21,344 bases of DNA, from positions 1 to 21,344 of the forward strand of contig JBEKES010000013.1 in assembly GCA_050013715.1 (NCBI GenBank), in the 5' to 3' direction. A program made the translations under genes and the position numbers. Position 1 is the first letter of the stretch; every line of letters starts with the position of its first letter. This stretch comes from Candidatus Micrarchaeaceae archaeon (GTDB lineage: Archaea > Micrarchaeota > Micrarchaeia > Micrarchaeales > Micrarchaeaceae). This document shows positions 1 to 8,205 of the stretch, piece by piece. The notes under the pieces were generated by a model. That model saw nothing but the letters and a program-made list of their open reading frames with translations. It searched no databases and had not been told where the DNA came from.

Positions 1-179
1 CATGACCTTAAAAGTCTTCTTTTATGCCTATTTTCTCCAAGTGGCTCAACAAATTCGCGATTTAATAAAATAGAAGTTGCTTCGAATTTAGTTTCTTGTT
101 TCCTTGGTCTAATGGGATCTAAAAGCATATGAACATCTGGATTAACACTGATAACTGTAGTTTTTGTTGCATTTTCCAT
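1..179 (-). CDS. Hypothetical protein, partial (runs off the window start); MENATKTTVISVNPDVHMLLDPIRPRKQETKFEATSILLNREFVEPLGENRHKRRLLRS...
   Basis: My translation from ATG at 179; open to position 1. Preceded on the minus strand by a GTGAT RBS-like motif and a TTATATA TATA-like box. Absent from the ORF track because it has no stop in the window. Confidence 0.55.
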   Translation of the reverse strand, partial: MENATKTTVISVNPDVHMLLDPIRPRKQETKFEATSILLNREFVEPLGENRHKRRLLRS

Positions 180-292
180 AACATCACATTAATTTTACTG
201 TTTTGTATAATATATAAGCCTTTAATTCTTATCGACAATGGACGAATATGAATAATTTCCATTGAAAGATTTGGAACTATTTATTATCGTAT

Positions 293-478
293 TTATCTGA
301 AATTTCTTATTTCTATGGTTTGCCTTTGTTTTGGTGTACTTTCTGCAATTTCAAATTTGTCCAGTAGTTCTTCAGAAGATGTCAATACTAACCTCTTTTT
401 AAAGATTGATGAATCTTTTTCTGATCTTAGGAGAAATGCTGAATCTGTTCCGCGTGGCTTACTTTTTCTTGCGCCCAT
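293..478 (-). CDS. Small basic hypothetical protein (61 aa)
   Basis: ORF with purine-rich coding strand, GGTAAT before the ATG and AAATGCTTAAATA BRE/TATA-like element upstream; no recognisable family. Confidence 0.5.
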   Translation of the reverse strand: MGARKSKPRGTDSAFLLRSEKDSSIFKKRLVLTSSEELLDKFEIAESTPKQRQTIEIRNFR

Positions 479-562
479 AGGATTACCAATTTTATAAATT
501 TATCTTTTTTAAATAGATATTTAAGCATTTATATTGTATGGACAGTTGCCAATATTTTGAAA

Positions 563-1255
563 TCAGCTTAGTTTTATTTCCATTGCACCAGCATAGGGCG
601 CTTCAGGACCTTGGATGTATATGTTAAGAAGGTAACTGTTGGAGTCATCTATTTTGACTGGAAGTTTCGGATCAGAGCTCACAAAGGCAAAAGGTTTTTC
701 TATCTCTATGCTTTTTACTGAGTCTCCGTAGCTTAGCGCCTTGTATAATTGTATTTTTTCGTTGAATATCTGTCCTTTTTGAAGGTTGAGTATCCTAGAA
801 GATGTTTCTATTGCAGTCTTGACTCCGTTTACGTTCAGTATCGTTTTAGTTATTTCAACATGTATTGTTTCTACGTTATTCGAGCCAAAGCTTATGGTCA
901 AAGGACCGGTATAATTATGCTCCGGCCCTTCCAGCTTTATCTTGAAATCTATCCTTTCATCGGCCTTGACCTCCAACGGAGGCTGCGGTGTTATTGATAC
1001 TATCTTAAATGGTTCTGATGCCTCTATTGACTTTATTGTTATGGGTTTTGCCTTCTCTGACTTGAACGAAGTTGCTTCCGTAAGAAGATCCGTATGCGTC
1101 TTGTTCTTGAATGGAATATCTACCTCAAAACTCTTTTCCTTTGAGACCAATCCCTCCATTGTGTGCATCTGCCCGTGAAGCTTTAGGTTTATGCTGGTAA
1201 TTGTAAGGGTTTGGCTCTTGCCTCCTTTGAAAATATCTAGAATGCCTAATTTCAT
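563..1255 (-). CDS. Hypothetical protein with two tandem beta-rich (Ig-like) repeats
   Basis: Long ORF (start ATG 1255 or 1264). Internal repeat KSIEASEPFKIVSITPQPP...GPEHNYTGPLTISF versus KSIEIEKPFAFVSSDPKLP...GPEAPYAGAMEIKL. Confidence 0.8.
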   Translation of the reverse strand: MKLGILDIFKGGKSQTLTITSINLKLHGQMHTMEGLVSKEKSFEVDIPFKNKTHTDLLTEATSFKSEKAKPITIKSIEASEPFKIVSITPQPPLEVKADERIDFKIKLEGPEHNYTGPLTISFGSNNVETIHVEITKTILNVNGVKTAIETSSRILNLQKGQIFNEKIQLYKALSYGDSVKSIEIEKPFAFVSSDPKLPVKIDDSNSYLLNIYIQGPEAPYAGAMEIKLS

Positions 1256-1329
1256 GGTTATCATCTAATTTACAATATTAATAAAATAAACTTATTAGTT
1301 GTTATCTGCGCATTATAATAAGTGATTAT

Positions 1330-1785
1330 ATGGTTTCTCAAGGTTCAAAAGCTCCTGATTTCAATTTGCAGGGAAATGACGGCAAGTCCCACAAATTAAG
1401 CGATTTCAAAGGAAAGTACGTTGTTCTGTATTTCTATCCAAGGGATGATACCCCTGGCTGCACCATGGAGGCAAAGGGCTTCAATGAATCGCTGTCAGAG
1501 CTCAAGAAGCTTGGAGCAGAAGTCATTGGGATAAGCAAGGATGACATTGCATCGCATAGGAAATTCTGCGAGAAGTATTCGCTTGGCTTTCTTCTGCTTT
1601 CGGATCCAGACTTTAGTGTCATGAAAAAGTACGGAGCCTATGGAGACCGTGGCATTTTCGGAATGGGCACATTAAGAAAAACATTCATAATAGACAAAAG
1701 CGGCAAAATAGCAAAGGTATTCGAGAAAGTGCACCCTCTTGGACACGACAAGGAAGTAATATCAATGCTTAAGGATTCTGATTAA
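1330..1785 (+). CDS. bcp: Peroxiredoxin, BCP/PrxQ family (thioredoxin-dependent thiol peroxidase)
   Basis: APDFxL...[26 protein letters not shown] peroxidatic motif, GISKD, LLSDPD, RKTFIID; GTGAT RBS. Confidence 0.95.
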   Translation: MVSQGSKAPDFNLQGNDGKSHKLSDFKGKYVVLYFYPRDDTPGCTMEAKGFNESLSELKKLGAEVIGISKDDIASHRKFCEKYSLGFLLLSDPDFSVMKKYGAYGDRGIFGMGTLRKTFIIDKSGKIAKVFEKVHPLGHDKEVISMLKDSD

Positions 1786-2003
1786 AGATAGCCTAATTCC
1801 TTTAATCTGTTTCTTATCTGCTCGGTTTCGTAATCTGCTCTCTTGTTGCCCTTCTCGCTCAGTATGTTCCTGAGAACGAATGCGACATAGCTGGAAACAG
1901 ATGGAAATCCTGTATTCTCTATGTGTTTCTCCACTTTCTTGAATAGAGGAGAGGGTATTGATATTGATGTAAACGAAATCCTTTTCGCCCTATTTATTTT
2001 CAT
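1782..2003 (-). CDS. Ribbon-helix-helix (CopG/Arc-like) transcriptional regulator, about 73 aa
   Basis: [34 protein letters not shown] fits the RHH strand-helix-G-x-S-helix pattern; C-terminus [11 protein letters not shown]. Start taken as ATG 2003 (MKINRAK) instead of the track's 2063, which overlaps the promoter region. Confidence 0.85.
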   Translation of the reverse strand: MKINRAKRISFTSISIPSPLFKKVEKHIENTGFPSVSSYVAFVLRNILSEKGNKRADYETEQIRNRLKELGYL

Positions 2004-2024
2004 GCAATCAATTATTAATGGTAT

Positions 2025-2083
2025 GAAAAGGTTTTTATACATATAATTACTCATAATTAGCATTGAATATGCATAATTAGGTG
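2025..2083 (+). promoter_or_regulatory. BRE/TATA promoter of the cysDN operon with three phased ATAATTA boxes and an AGGTG RBS
   Basis: GAAAAGG-TTTTTATA at about 2025-2039; ATAATTA at 2043, 2053 and 2073; AGGTG at 2079-2083. Confidence 0.55.
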
Positions 2084-2090
2084 CTGTCGA

Positions 2091-2420
2091 ATGAAAAATA
2101 CTAAAACTGCAAAAAAATCAAAGGAGAAAAGTCCAAAGGGCAGGAATGATATTATAGAAGAATTGAACAAAAATCCAGATGAAAAGAACTGGAGTTTGTT
2201 CGGCCAGAGGGCGAAGAAGGACAAGGCGAAATACTATTATGTAATTTACCCGAAAGAGGTAAAGGACAGCCTCAATCTGAAAAAAGCCTATGCAGTGATA
2301 TATGATGGCAAGTACAAGCAGCTTTACAAGGTACCAATAATAAAAACAAAGGGAAACGGAATAATAGGTGCAACAATGTATTTGAAAGGATTGGAGGTAA
2401 ATAGAAAGGTAATACAATGA
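2091..2420 (+). CDS. Basic hypothetical protein (109 aa), first gene of the cysDN operon
   Basis: AGGTG RBS; the stop overlaps the cysD start (ATGA), implying translational coupling. Confidence 0.75.
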   Translation: MKNTKTAKKSKEKSPKGRNDIIEELNKNPDEKNWSLFGQRAKKDKAKYYYVIYPKEVKDSLNLKKAYAVIYDGKYKQLYKVPIIKTKGNGIIGATMYLKGLEVNRKVIQ

Positions 2421-3205
2421 TGGAACAAGATTTACACAAAATAGAAGAGAAGAGCATATTTGTATTGAGGGAAGCAAATTCCAAATTCAAGAACATGGCA
2501 GCGCTCTGGAGCATGGGAAAAGACTCAACTGCAATGCTTGCGCTAGCAAGAAAGGCATTTCTTGGAAAGATACCTTTTCCTGTAATCCACATAGATAACG
2601 GGATTGACTTTCCAGAATCCTATGCATTTAGAGAATATCTCACAAAGAAATGGAACATGAAATTGATAGTGGCGCACAGCGAGATAAAGCAGGAAATATC
2701 GGGATTTGCCTGCTGCGGTGCTAACAAGACAGTTGCACTTAAGAAAACAATGGCAGAATACGGATTTGATGCTTTGATAGTATCGATAAGAAGAGACGAG
2801 CATGGCATACGCGCAAAGGAGCGCTACTTCTCACCAAGGGACAAGAACTTCAAGTGGGACTACAAGAATCAGCCGGCAGAGCTCTGGAACAACTACGCAT
2901 CGAAGCTCAGCGGAACCCAGCACTTGAGGATACATCCACTACTGGACTGGAACGAGATCGATGTCTGGAACTTCCTGAAAAAGGAAAAAGTGCCAATGAA
3001 TCCATTATATTTTGCGAATAACGGCTACAGGTACAGGAGCCTTGGATGCACCCACTGCACAGTCGCATTGAAATCCAATGCTGATACCATAGACAAGATA
3101 ATAGGAGAATTAAGGGAGACAAAAGTAGAGGAGAGAAGCGGAAGACAACAGGACAAGGAAAAAGAGTACATAATGGAAAAGCTAAGGGCTCTAGGCTACA
3201 TGTAA
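2417..3205 (+). CDS. cysD: Sulfate adenylyltransferase subunit 2 (CysD)
   Basis: LREA...LWSMGKDS PP-loop, PFPVIHID, IRRDEHGIRAKERYFSPR, RIHPLLDWNE, YRSLGC, ERSGRQQDKE; followed directly by a CysN-like GTPase. Confidence 0.93.
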   Translation: MMEQDLHKIEEKSIFVLREANSKFKNMAALWSMGKDSTAMLALARKAFLGKIPFPVIHIDNGIDFPESYAFREYLTKKWNMKLIVAHSEIKQEISGFACCGANKTVALKKTMAEYGFDALIVSIRRDEHGIRAKERYFSPRDKNFKWDYKNQPAELWNNYASKLSGTQHLRIHPLLDWNEIDVWNFLKKEKVPMNPLYFANNGYRYRSLGCTHCTVALKSNADTIDKIIGELRETKVEERSGRQQDKEKEYIMEKLRALGYM

Positions 3206-3225
3206 CGTAAATCAAGGTTTTGGTT

Positions 3226-4461
3226 ATGCAGAAATTCATAATAACAATGCTCGGGGAAAAAGACCATGGCAAGTCAACGCTCATAGGAAATTTACTCATT
3301 TCTACAGGCTCTACAACAGAAGCAAGGATAGCAGAGGTTAAAAAAGCAAGCGGATCCAAGCGCTTCGAGCCAGCACATATACTTGACAGCTTTTCAGAGG
3401 AAAGAGAGCAGGAAATGACCATAGATACCACAAGGGCGGAGCTGGTCTACAAAAATGCGATACTTGAATTAATTGACGTGCCAGGGCATCTTGAACTGAT
3501 AAAGAACATGATGAGCGGGGCTTCCAACAGCGACATAGCAATACTCATGGTATCCGTCAAAAAGGACGAGGGTTTCAGGCCTCAAACTAAAAGGCACATC
3601 TTCCTATCGAGCATGTTCGGAGTAAAGGCACTGGTAGTGGCAATAAACAAGATGGATTTCGTAAATTACGACAAATCCATATTCGAAAAGACAAAGGAAG
3701 ACATATCAAAGTATTTGCAATCCATAAATTTCAAGAAGCCGGTGGCCTTCGTGCCCATATCTGCCTATGACAATCAAAATTTAATATCAAAGTCGAAAAA
3801 AATACCATGGTACACGGGAAAGCCATTGATAGATACAGTTAGGTATTTTGCAGAAGTATATTCAAAGAATACAAGCTCCAAAAAAGGATTGAGGATATTC
3901 GTGCAGGACAGCGTTGACATAAACGGAGACACCACAATATTCGGATTGCTTTACAATGGCAAGGTGCGAACAAACGAAACCATAAGAGTTGAGCCAGACA
4001 AGCTAACCGGGAAGATAGAGAAATTATACGTAAAGGGCAAGAAGGTGAGCTATGCAAATGAGGGCACAAACGTAGCGATAGTATTGCACAAGGACATGAA
4101 AATAGAGAAAGGAAGCGTAATCTATGGCAACAATGAAAAACCGCATAAAACAGGTTCATTTTCAGCGAAGATATTTATGATAAAGAACTTTAACACAAAA
4201 AGTGCAAGAAAATTTACCATCAAGATAAGCAACAACAACATAGCAATAAAGAAAATAAAAATAAATAGGATATTCTCACCTATCTCTGCAGTGAATGTTG
4301 TATATGATTCGTTTGCCATTGTTCCTGCAAACAACGTAGCCTATGCTGAAATAAGCCTTGCAAAGCCCTATCCTGTTGAAAAGTATGCAGATTATAGTGA
4401 ACTAGGAAGATTCGCCATATACGAGAACGAGAATTTTGTAGGAGTTGGAATAATAGAGTAA
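3226..4461 (+). CDS. cysN: Sulfate adenylyltransferase subunit 1 (CysN), EF-Tu/EF-1alpha-like GTPase, no fused CysC
   Basis: G1 GEKDHGKST, EEREQEMTIDT, DVPGH, NKMD, PISAY, C-terminal ELGRFAIY...VGVGII; directly downstream of cysD. Start ATG 3226 (track uses TTG 3220). Confidence 0.88.
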   Translation: MQKFIITMLGEKDHGKSTLIGNLLISTGSTTEARIAEVKKASGSKRFEPAHILDSFSEEREQEMTIDTTRAELVYKNAILELIDVPGHLELIKNMMSGASNSDIAILMVSVKKDEGFRPQTKRHIFLSSMFGVKALVVAINKMDFVNYDKSIFEKTKEDISKYLQSINFKKPVAFVPISAYDNQNLISKSKKIPWYTGKPLIDTVRYFAEVYSKNTSSKKGLRIFVQDSVDINGDTTIFGLLYNGKVRTNETIRVEPDKLTGKIEKLYVKGKKVSYANEGTNVAIVLHKDMKIEKGSVIYGNNEKPHKTGSFSAKIFMIKNFNTKSARKFTIKISNNNIAIKKIKINRIFSPISAVNVVYDSFAIVPANNVAYAEISLAKPYPVEKYADYSELGRFAIYENENFVGVGIIE

Positions 4462-4462
4462 T

Positions 4463-5623
4463 CTAGTTCTCTATTTTATTTTCCATTGCAATTTCATTTC
4501 TTGAATTAATTTCGCTTTTGGCTGGTTCCCGGTATTCGTGCTTGTTATCAGTTATTTTTGCATTATTCCTAAATGAGATAATGCTTCCTAGTATTGACTG
4601 ATATGCCTCACATGATGTCCAATGCACAGGATCTTTATTCTGATCTATAAGTGATCTTATCTGCTGGGCTTCATCGCCATGCCATACATTACCTAAATCA
4701 TAGGAGATATCGCGCAGGTTAGCAACTTTCCTGTCCCACATTATTGAAGGGTATATGTTACCAAAGTTGTCAAGGAAGAGCGAGCTGTCAAGGCTTCTGC
4801 ATTTTACAGGAGCGTTTCCAGTTTCTGCAAAGCTTATCAATCCTTTGAGAAATTTGCTTTCTATAATATCCATTGCCTTTAATTCATTTTTCCTGTTCCT
4901 GAATGCATTTTTAAGCTCATCGAGTGCTATTTCCCTATTTGCAATTATCGTGTTGTCAGTGTTATGGTAATAGTTGTTCGATAGTTGTGCAATATTCAAA
5001 TGGAAGTCGTTGTAGGTAACTTCAGGTATTTCCATCCTTACATCCTGGTAGGTTTTCTGGAACATACCCTGGTTGGCTTTGCTTATGGTGTAGCCGAAAA
5101 CGAAGGAAAGGTTTGGATATTCCTTTTTGAGTGTCATCAAACGCTTGTACATGCTCATTACTTTGTCGTAATTGCCAGGTATCCCTCTCACCCTGTCGTG
5201 AGTTTCCCTGTTGCCGTCAAGGCTCAGCGTTATAACAACTTTCGGTATCTTCAATTCAAGCATTTGCCTTATTTTATTGATTACCATGTCCTGATTGCAC
5301 AATGAATTGGTAGGAATTGTAAGTAAATACAATCCTTTTGAGTTTTCCTTGAATGCCTTTACAATATCTACTATATCGCTCCTAAGGAAAGGCTCTCCTC
5401 CTGTAATTCCTATCCATCTGAAGGAATTATTCTTTCTCGCGAATTCTTTTATCTCATCCAGTGTTAGCTCGTCCTTGGGCTTCATCTGCCATATGTTGCA
5501 GGTAAGGCACCTTGACTGGCACCACATGGTTACTGCGAAGTTTAGCTTATATGGCTTTTTCAGTCTACCAAAATTGCTTTTGATGGCGTTGTAAGATATT
5601 CCGAGTAGTTCCCTTGTCAGCAA
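4463..5623 (-). CDS. Radical SAM protein with a degenerate SPASM/twitch-like C-terminal domain
   Basis: CQSRCLTC (CxxxCxxC), ITGGEPFLR, TN, SLDG...HDRVRG; C-terminal C...FLDNFGNIYPS...WTSCE. AGGTG RBS just upstream of a TTG/CTG start. Confidence 0.9.
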   Translation of the reverse strand: MLTRELLGISYNAIKSNFGRLKKPYKLNFAVTMWCQSRCLTCNIWQMKPKDELTLDEIKEFARKNNSFRWIGITGGEPFLRSDIVDIVKAFKENSKGLYLLTIPTNSLCNQDMVINKIRQMLELKIPKVVITLSLDGNRETHDRVRGIPGNYDKVMSMYKRLMTLKKEYPNLSFVFGYTISKANQGMFQKTYQDVRMEIPEVTYNDFHLNIAQLSNNYYHNTDNTIIANREIALDELKNAFRNRKNELKAMDIIESKFLKGLISFAETGNAPVKCRSLDSSLFLDNFGNIYPSIMWDRKVANLRDISYDLGNVWHGDEAQQIRSLIDQNKDPVHWTSCEAYQSILGSIISFRNNAKITDNKHEYREPAKSEINSRNEIAMENKIEN

Positions 5624-5760
5624 AACACCTATGCATATTATTGTGGCTTTTATTTTAAATAGCTTCCTTTGAAGTATAGATTTTTCTGCGATATTAAAAT
5701 ATGCCTTTGCATAGGTACATTATTTTAATGTTCATTAGTCTAAATTAATAGTGATTTTTA

Positions 5761-7440
5761 ATGCATCAAGAGGATCATCACAAAAGGGGCAGGTTTGAGA
5801 ATTTAGAAATATACATAATAATCGGCCTTCTTTTGCTGGTGCTTGGTATCAGGCTCTATTATTTTACAGGGCCCATATTTGCCAATACTCAAGATGAGGG
5901 AATATACCTCAACCTATTGGCCAATGCAGTCATAAGACATAATTATTTAATTTTTACACAATATCGCAACGTGAATTTCAGCAATACCAACCAATACATG
6001 CTAAACCCTGCAAACATACCATCATTCTACAGCGGACTGCTGGCCCCTGAGATATTCCTATTAACTATTTTTAATTTCTCTTCTAATCTGGCGATATACT
6101 ACATAATATTCAACTCCTTGATTGAGGCTTTGTTCATTTATCTAATACTCAGGGAAATATCTACCATGAGAGCTGCAGTTATGGCCACAATTTTGTTTGC
6201 TTTCTTCCCGTTGGACGTCATTTTTTCAAACCACATACAACCTCTAGTTCCTGCAATGGCTTTGATCACTGCAGCTACCTATACGTTCATAAAATCTGAA
6301 AAAGATACGAAGATGAAAGTCAAAACAAGGATTATCTATTATATAGTTACTGGAATCCTGATAGGTCTGGGTTATCTTACAAATCCATTGAGCTTGCTGT
6401 TGGGTGTGTTCATAGTTCTGTTCGAACTATTCAAATTATCAAAGGAGATAAACGAAAAATCATTCAAAAGCATTGCAATAAAATTGGCTTTCGTATTTGT
6501 AGGATTTATGATTGCATTTTCCATAACCGGATTATATTATTATGCTCAATCAGGGAATTTCTTCCTTTATCCAAGTGTAGACCACGCAGGTGCAGTAAAT
6601 AATGCATTGACCCAGCCCAAAGGCACAGTATTTGAAGTTGATAACATAAACGTTACAAGAACAGATGTACAGAAACTTTTCTATTTGCCGATAATATTTG
6701 ACCTTAGTTCCTATGACCAGTACCATAGTTCTTACTTCTCACTCATAGGGTACCTTGGGATAGTCTTCGCAGCCGTAATAGTATTCCGCAAGGTAAAATA
6801 CGGCAGGTTTTTCGTTTCCATGCTTGTGTTGTATTTAGTTCTGCTGAACTTCACGCCCCTTGCCTTTGTAAGTATAGCAGGAAAGCTACAGATATTCCTT
6901 GTTTACATGGAACCCATGCTTATTACTCCGCTGACTCTTCCATTTATTGCAATAGTTGCCTTGGGATTGGAAGAACTTCTTTCAAGAAGAGAAAAGGTAT
7001 TCATGGTAATTGCGCTAATTATAATACTTGCAACAATCATAGTCGCAGTAAAGGACCTGAATTCAGATACAAGTTATTACAGGAGCTCTGTCGCATCTAT
7101 TTATTCGTTTGAAAGTTTTGCCGCACAGCACCAGAATTCCACATTCTACGCTTACCCTTTGATTGCAGACGAAATAAATGACATCAGTAGCTACAGATAC
7201 AATGTCAGGTACCTACTAAACTGCAGTCAGCTTTACACCTATGAAACTGTTTTTAAGAATAATACCTATGTATTTACTGGGGGCAGCATGGGCATGGACG
7301 TGAGTCCAGGAATAATACGTGATTTTAGTGCCTGCACGCAAAACAACATTTCAAATTATTCCAGTTTAGCCTATACGGCAAATAATCCTTTTGACAACAT
7401 GTCTCCAGTAAAGATCTACAGAATTAATTACACACAATGA
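5761..7440 (+). CDS. Integral-membrane GT-C glycosyltransferase (PMT/ArnT, GT39/GT83-like)
   Basis: N-terminal TM ending in R, QDEGIY acidic motif in the first external loop, about 11-12 hydrophobic segments, FAFFP, GILIGLGYLT, C-terminal extracellular domain with several NxS/T sequons. Confidence 0.8.
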   Translation: MHQEDHHKRGRFENLEIYIIIGLLLLVLGIRLYYFTGPIFANTQDEGIYLNLLANAVIRHNYLIFTQYRNVNFSNTNQYMLNPANIPSFYSGLLAPEIFLLTIFNFSSNLAIYYIIFNSLIEALFIYLILREISTMRAAVMATILFAFFPLDVIFSNHIQPLVPAMALITAATYTFIKSEKDTKMKVKTRIIYYIVTGILIGLGYLTNPLSLLLGVFIVLFELFKLSKEINEKSFKSIAIKLAFVFVGFMIAFSITGLYYYAQSGNFFLYPSVDHAGAVNNALTQPKGTVFEVDNINVTRTDVQKLFYLPIIFDLSSYDQYHSSYFSLIGYLGIVFAAVIVFRKVKYGRFFVSMLVLYLVLLNFTPLAFVSIAGKLQIFLVYMEPMLITPLTLPFIAIVALGLEELLSRREKVFMVIALIIILATIIVAVKDLNSDTSYYRSSVASIYSFESFAAQHQNSTFYAYPLIADEINDISSYRYNVRYLLNCSQLYTYETVFKNNTYVFTGGSMGMDVSPGIIRDFSACTQNNISNYSSLAYTANNPFDNMSPVKIYRINYTQ

Positions 7441-7502
7441 TTTTTATACAAGACGCTGATTCTAAGCTATGTGCTAGAGCCAACAACATGATTCGGGCTA
7501 AA

Positions 7503-7543
7503 GTATATATATTTCTTAGGTGTAATCTAATTGTGATACTATG
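7503..7543 (+). repeat. Promoter/leader repeat, copy 1 (TATA box to start codon)
   Basis: gtatatatatttcttaggtgtaatctaattgtgatactATG, nearly identical to 7859-7900. Confidence 0.75.
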
Positions 7544-7789
7544 GTGCAGCGCTTAAACAGACCAGGAACATCTTTAGATAGCAAACCTAGCACATTTGAA
7601 AGTCTTGAAGAGTTTTGCAGAACAATAAATAAAATATCAGGAACACAGATAGTTGCAGATTTAAATAGGATAAACATTACGGCGGTACAACTAAGGCAAG
7701 CGATTGATTCAATGGATGGTCAGGAAAAACGAAAATTATACACAGTGGAACTACAAAAACTTTTGAGAGATTGTCTGAATGTCAAATAA
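7541..7789 (+). CDS. Small hypothetical protein (82 aa)
   Basis: ORF preceded by a TATA box and GTGAT RBS; helical composition; no family recognised. Confidence 0.7.
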   Translation: MVQRLNRPGTSLDSKPSTFESLEEFCRTINKISGTQIVADLNRINITAVQLRQAIDSMDGQEKRKLYTVELQKLLRDCLNVK

Positions 7790-7858
7790 CCGCCTTATAG
7801 ATTAGCTCTCCTACTGAAAAGCACTAAGCACATGTCCTGAGCGATTACCTGCAGAAAC

Positions 7859-7900
7859 GTATATATATTTCCTAAGTTGTAATTAATCTGTGATATTATG
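7859..7900 (+). repeat. Promoter/leader repeat, copy 2
   Basis: gtatatatatttcctaagttgtaattaatctgtgatattATG, aligns with 7503-7543. Confidence 0.75.
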
Positions 7901-8179
7901 CCAAGAAATATAGTCTTAGAAGGCTTAACAACAAGTCCATTCAATACTGAGATACAAACTAGGTTAGACATGGATGTGCGAGAACGAGTTTTTATCGGTG
8001 TAATAAGAGGATTTGCTACAACTGAAGGTGTTGATTTTGCTGCTCTTGACCACAAAGAATTGAAAACGTTTATTGAAATATTACAAAAGAAATATAGAGT
8101 ACTTCTTAGAGAAGCTAGAAGTAATGAAATAGCTCTTAGAAGAGATAGAAAAGCCTTTGTAGCTAGAAGTAAAAGATAA
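7898..8179 (+). CDS. Small hypothetical protein (93 aa) with a basic C-terminus
   Basis: ORF preceded by the same TATA/GTGAT leader as 7541; no family recognised. Confidence 0.7.
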   Translation: MPRNIVLEGLTTSPFNTEIQTRLDMDVRERVFIGVIRGFATTEGVDFAALDHKELKTFIEILQKKYRVLLREARSNEIALRRDRKAFVARSKR

Positions 8180-8205
8180 TTAAAGAACTTTTTATAGATT
8201 AAGCG

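Noticed and set aside
2417..3205. PAPS reductase (CysH) or DndC/phosphorothioation component
   Set aside because: It has CysD-specific RAKERYFSPR and ERSGRxQD motifs and a CysN partner; no dnd/ssp/pbe genes are nearby.
3226..4461. Second EF-1alpha or SelB
   Set aside because: Position directly after cysD, the EREQxxTID motif and the LGRFAI C-terminus fit CysN better.
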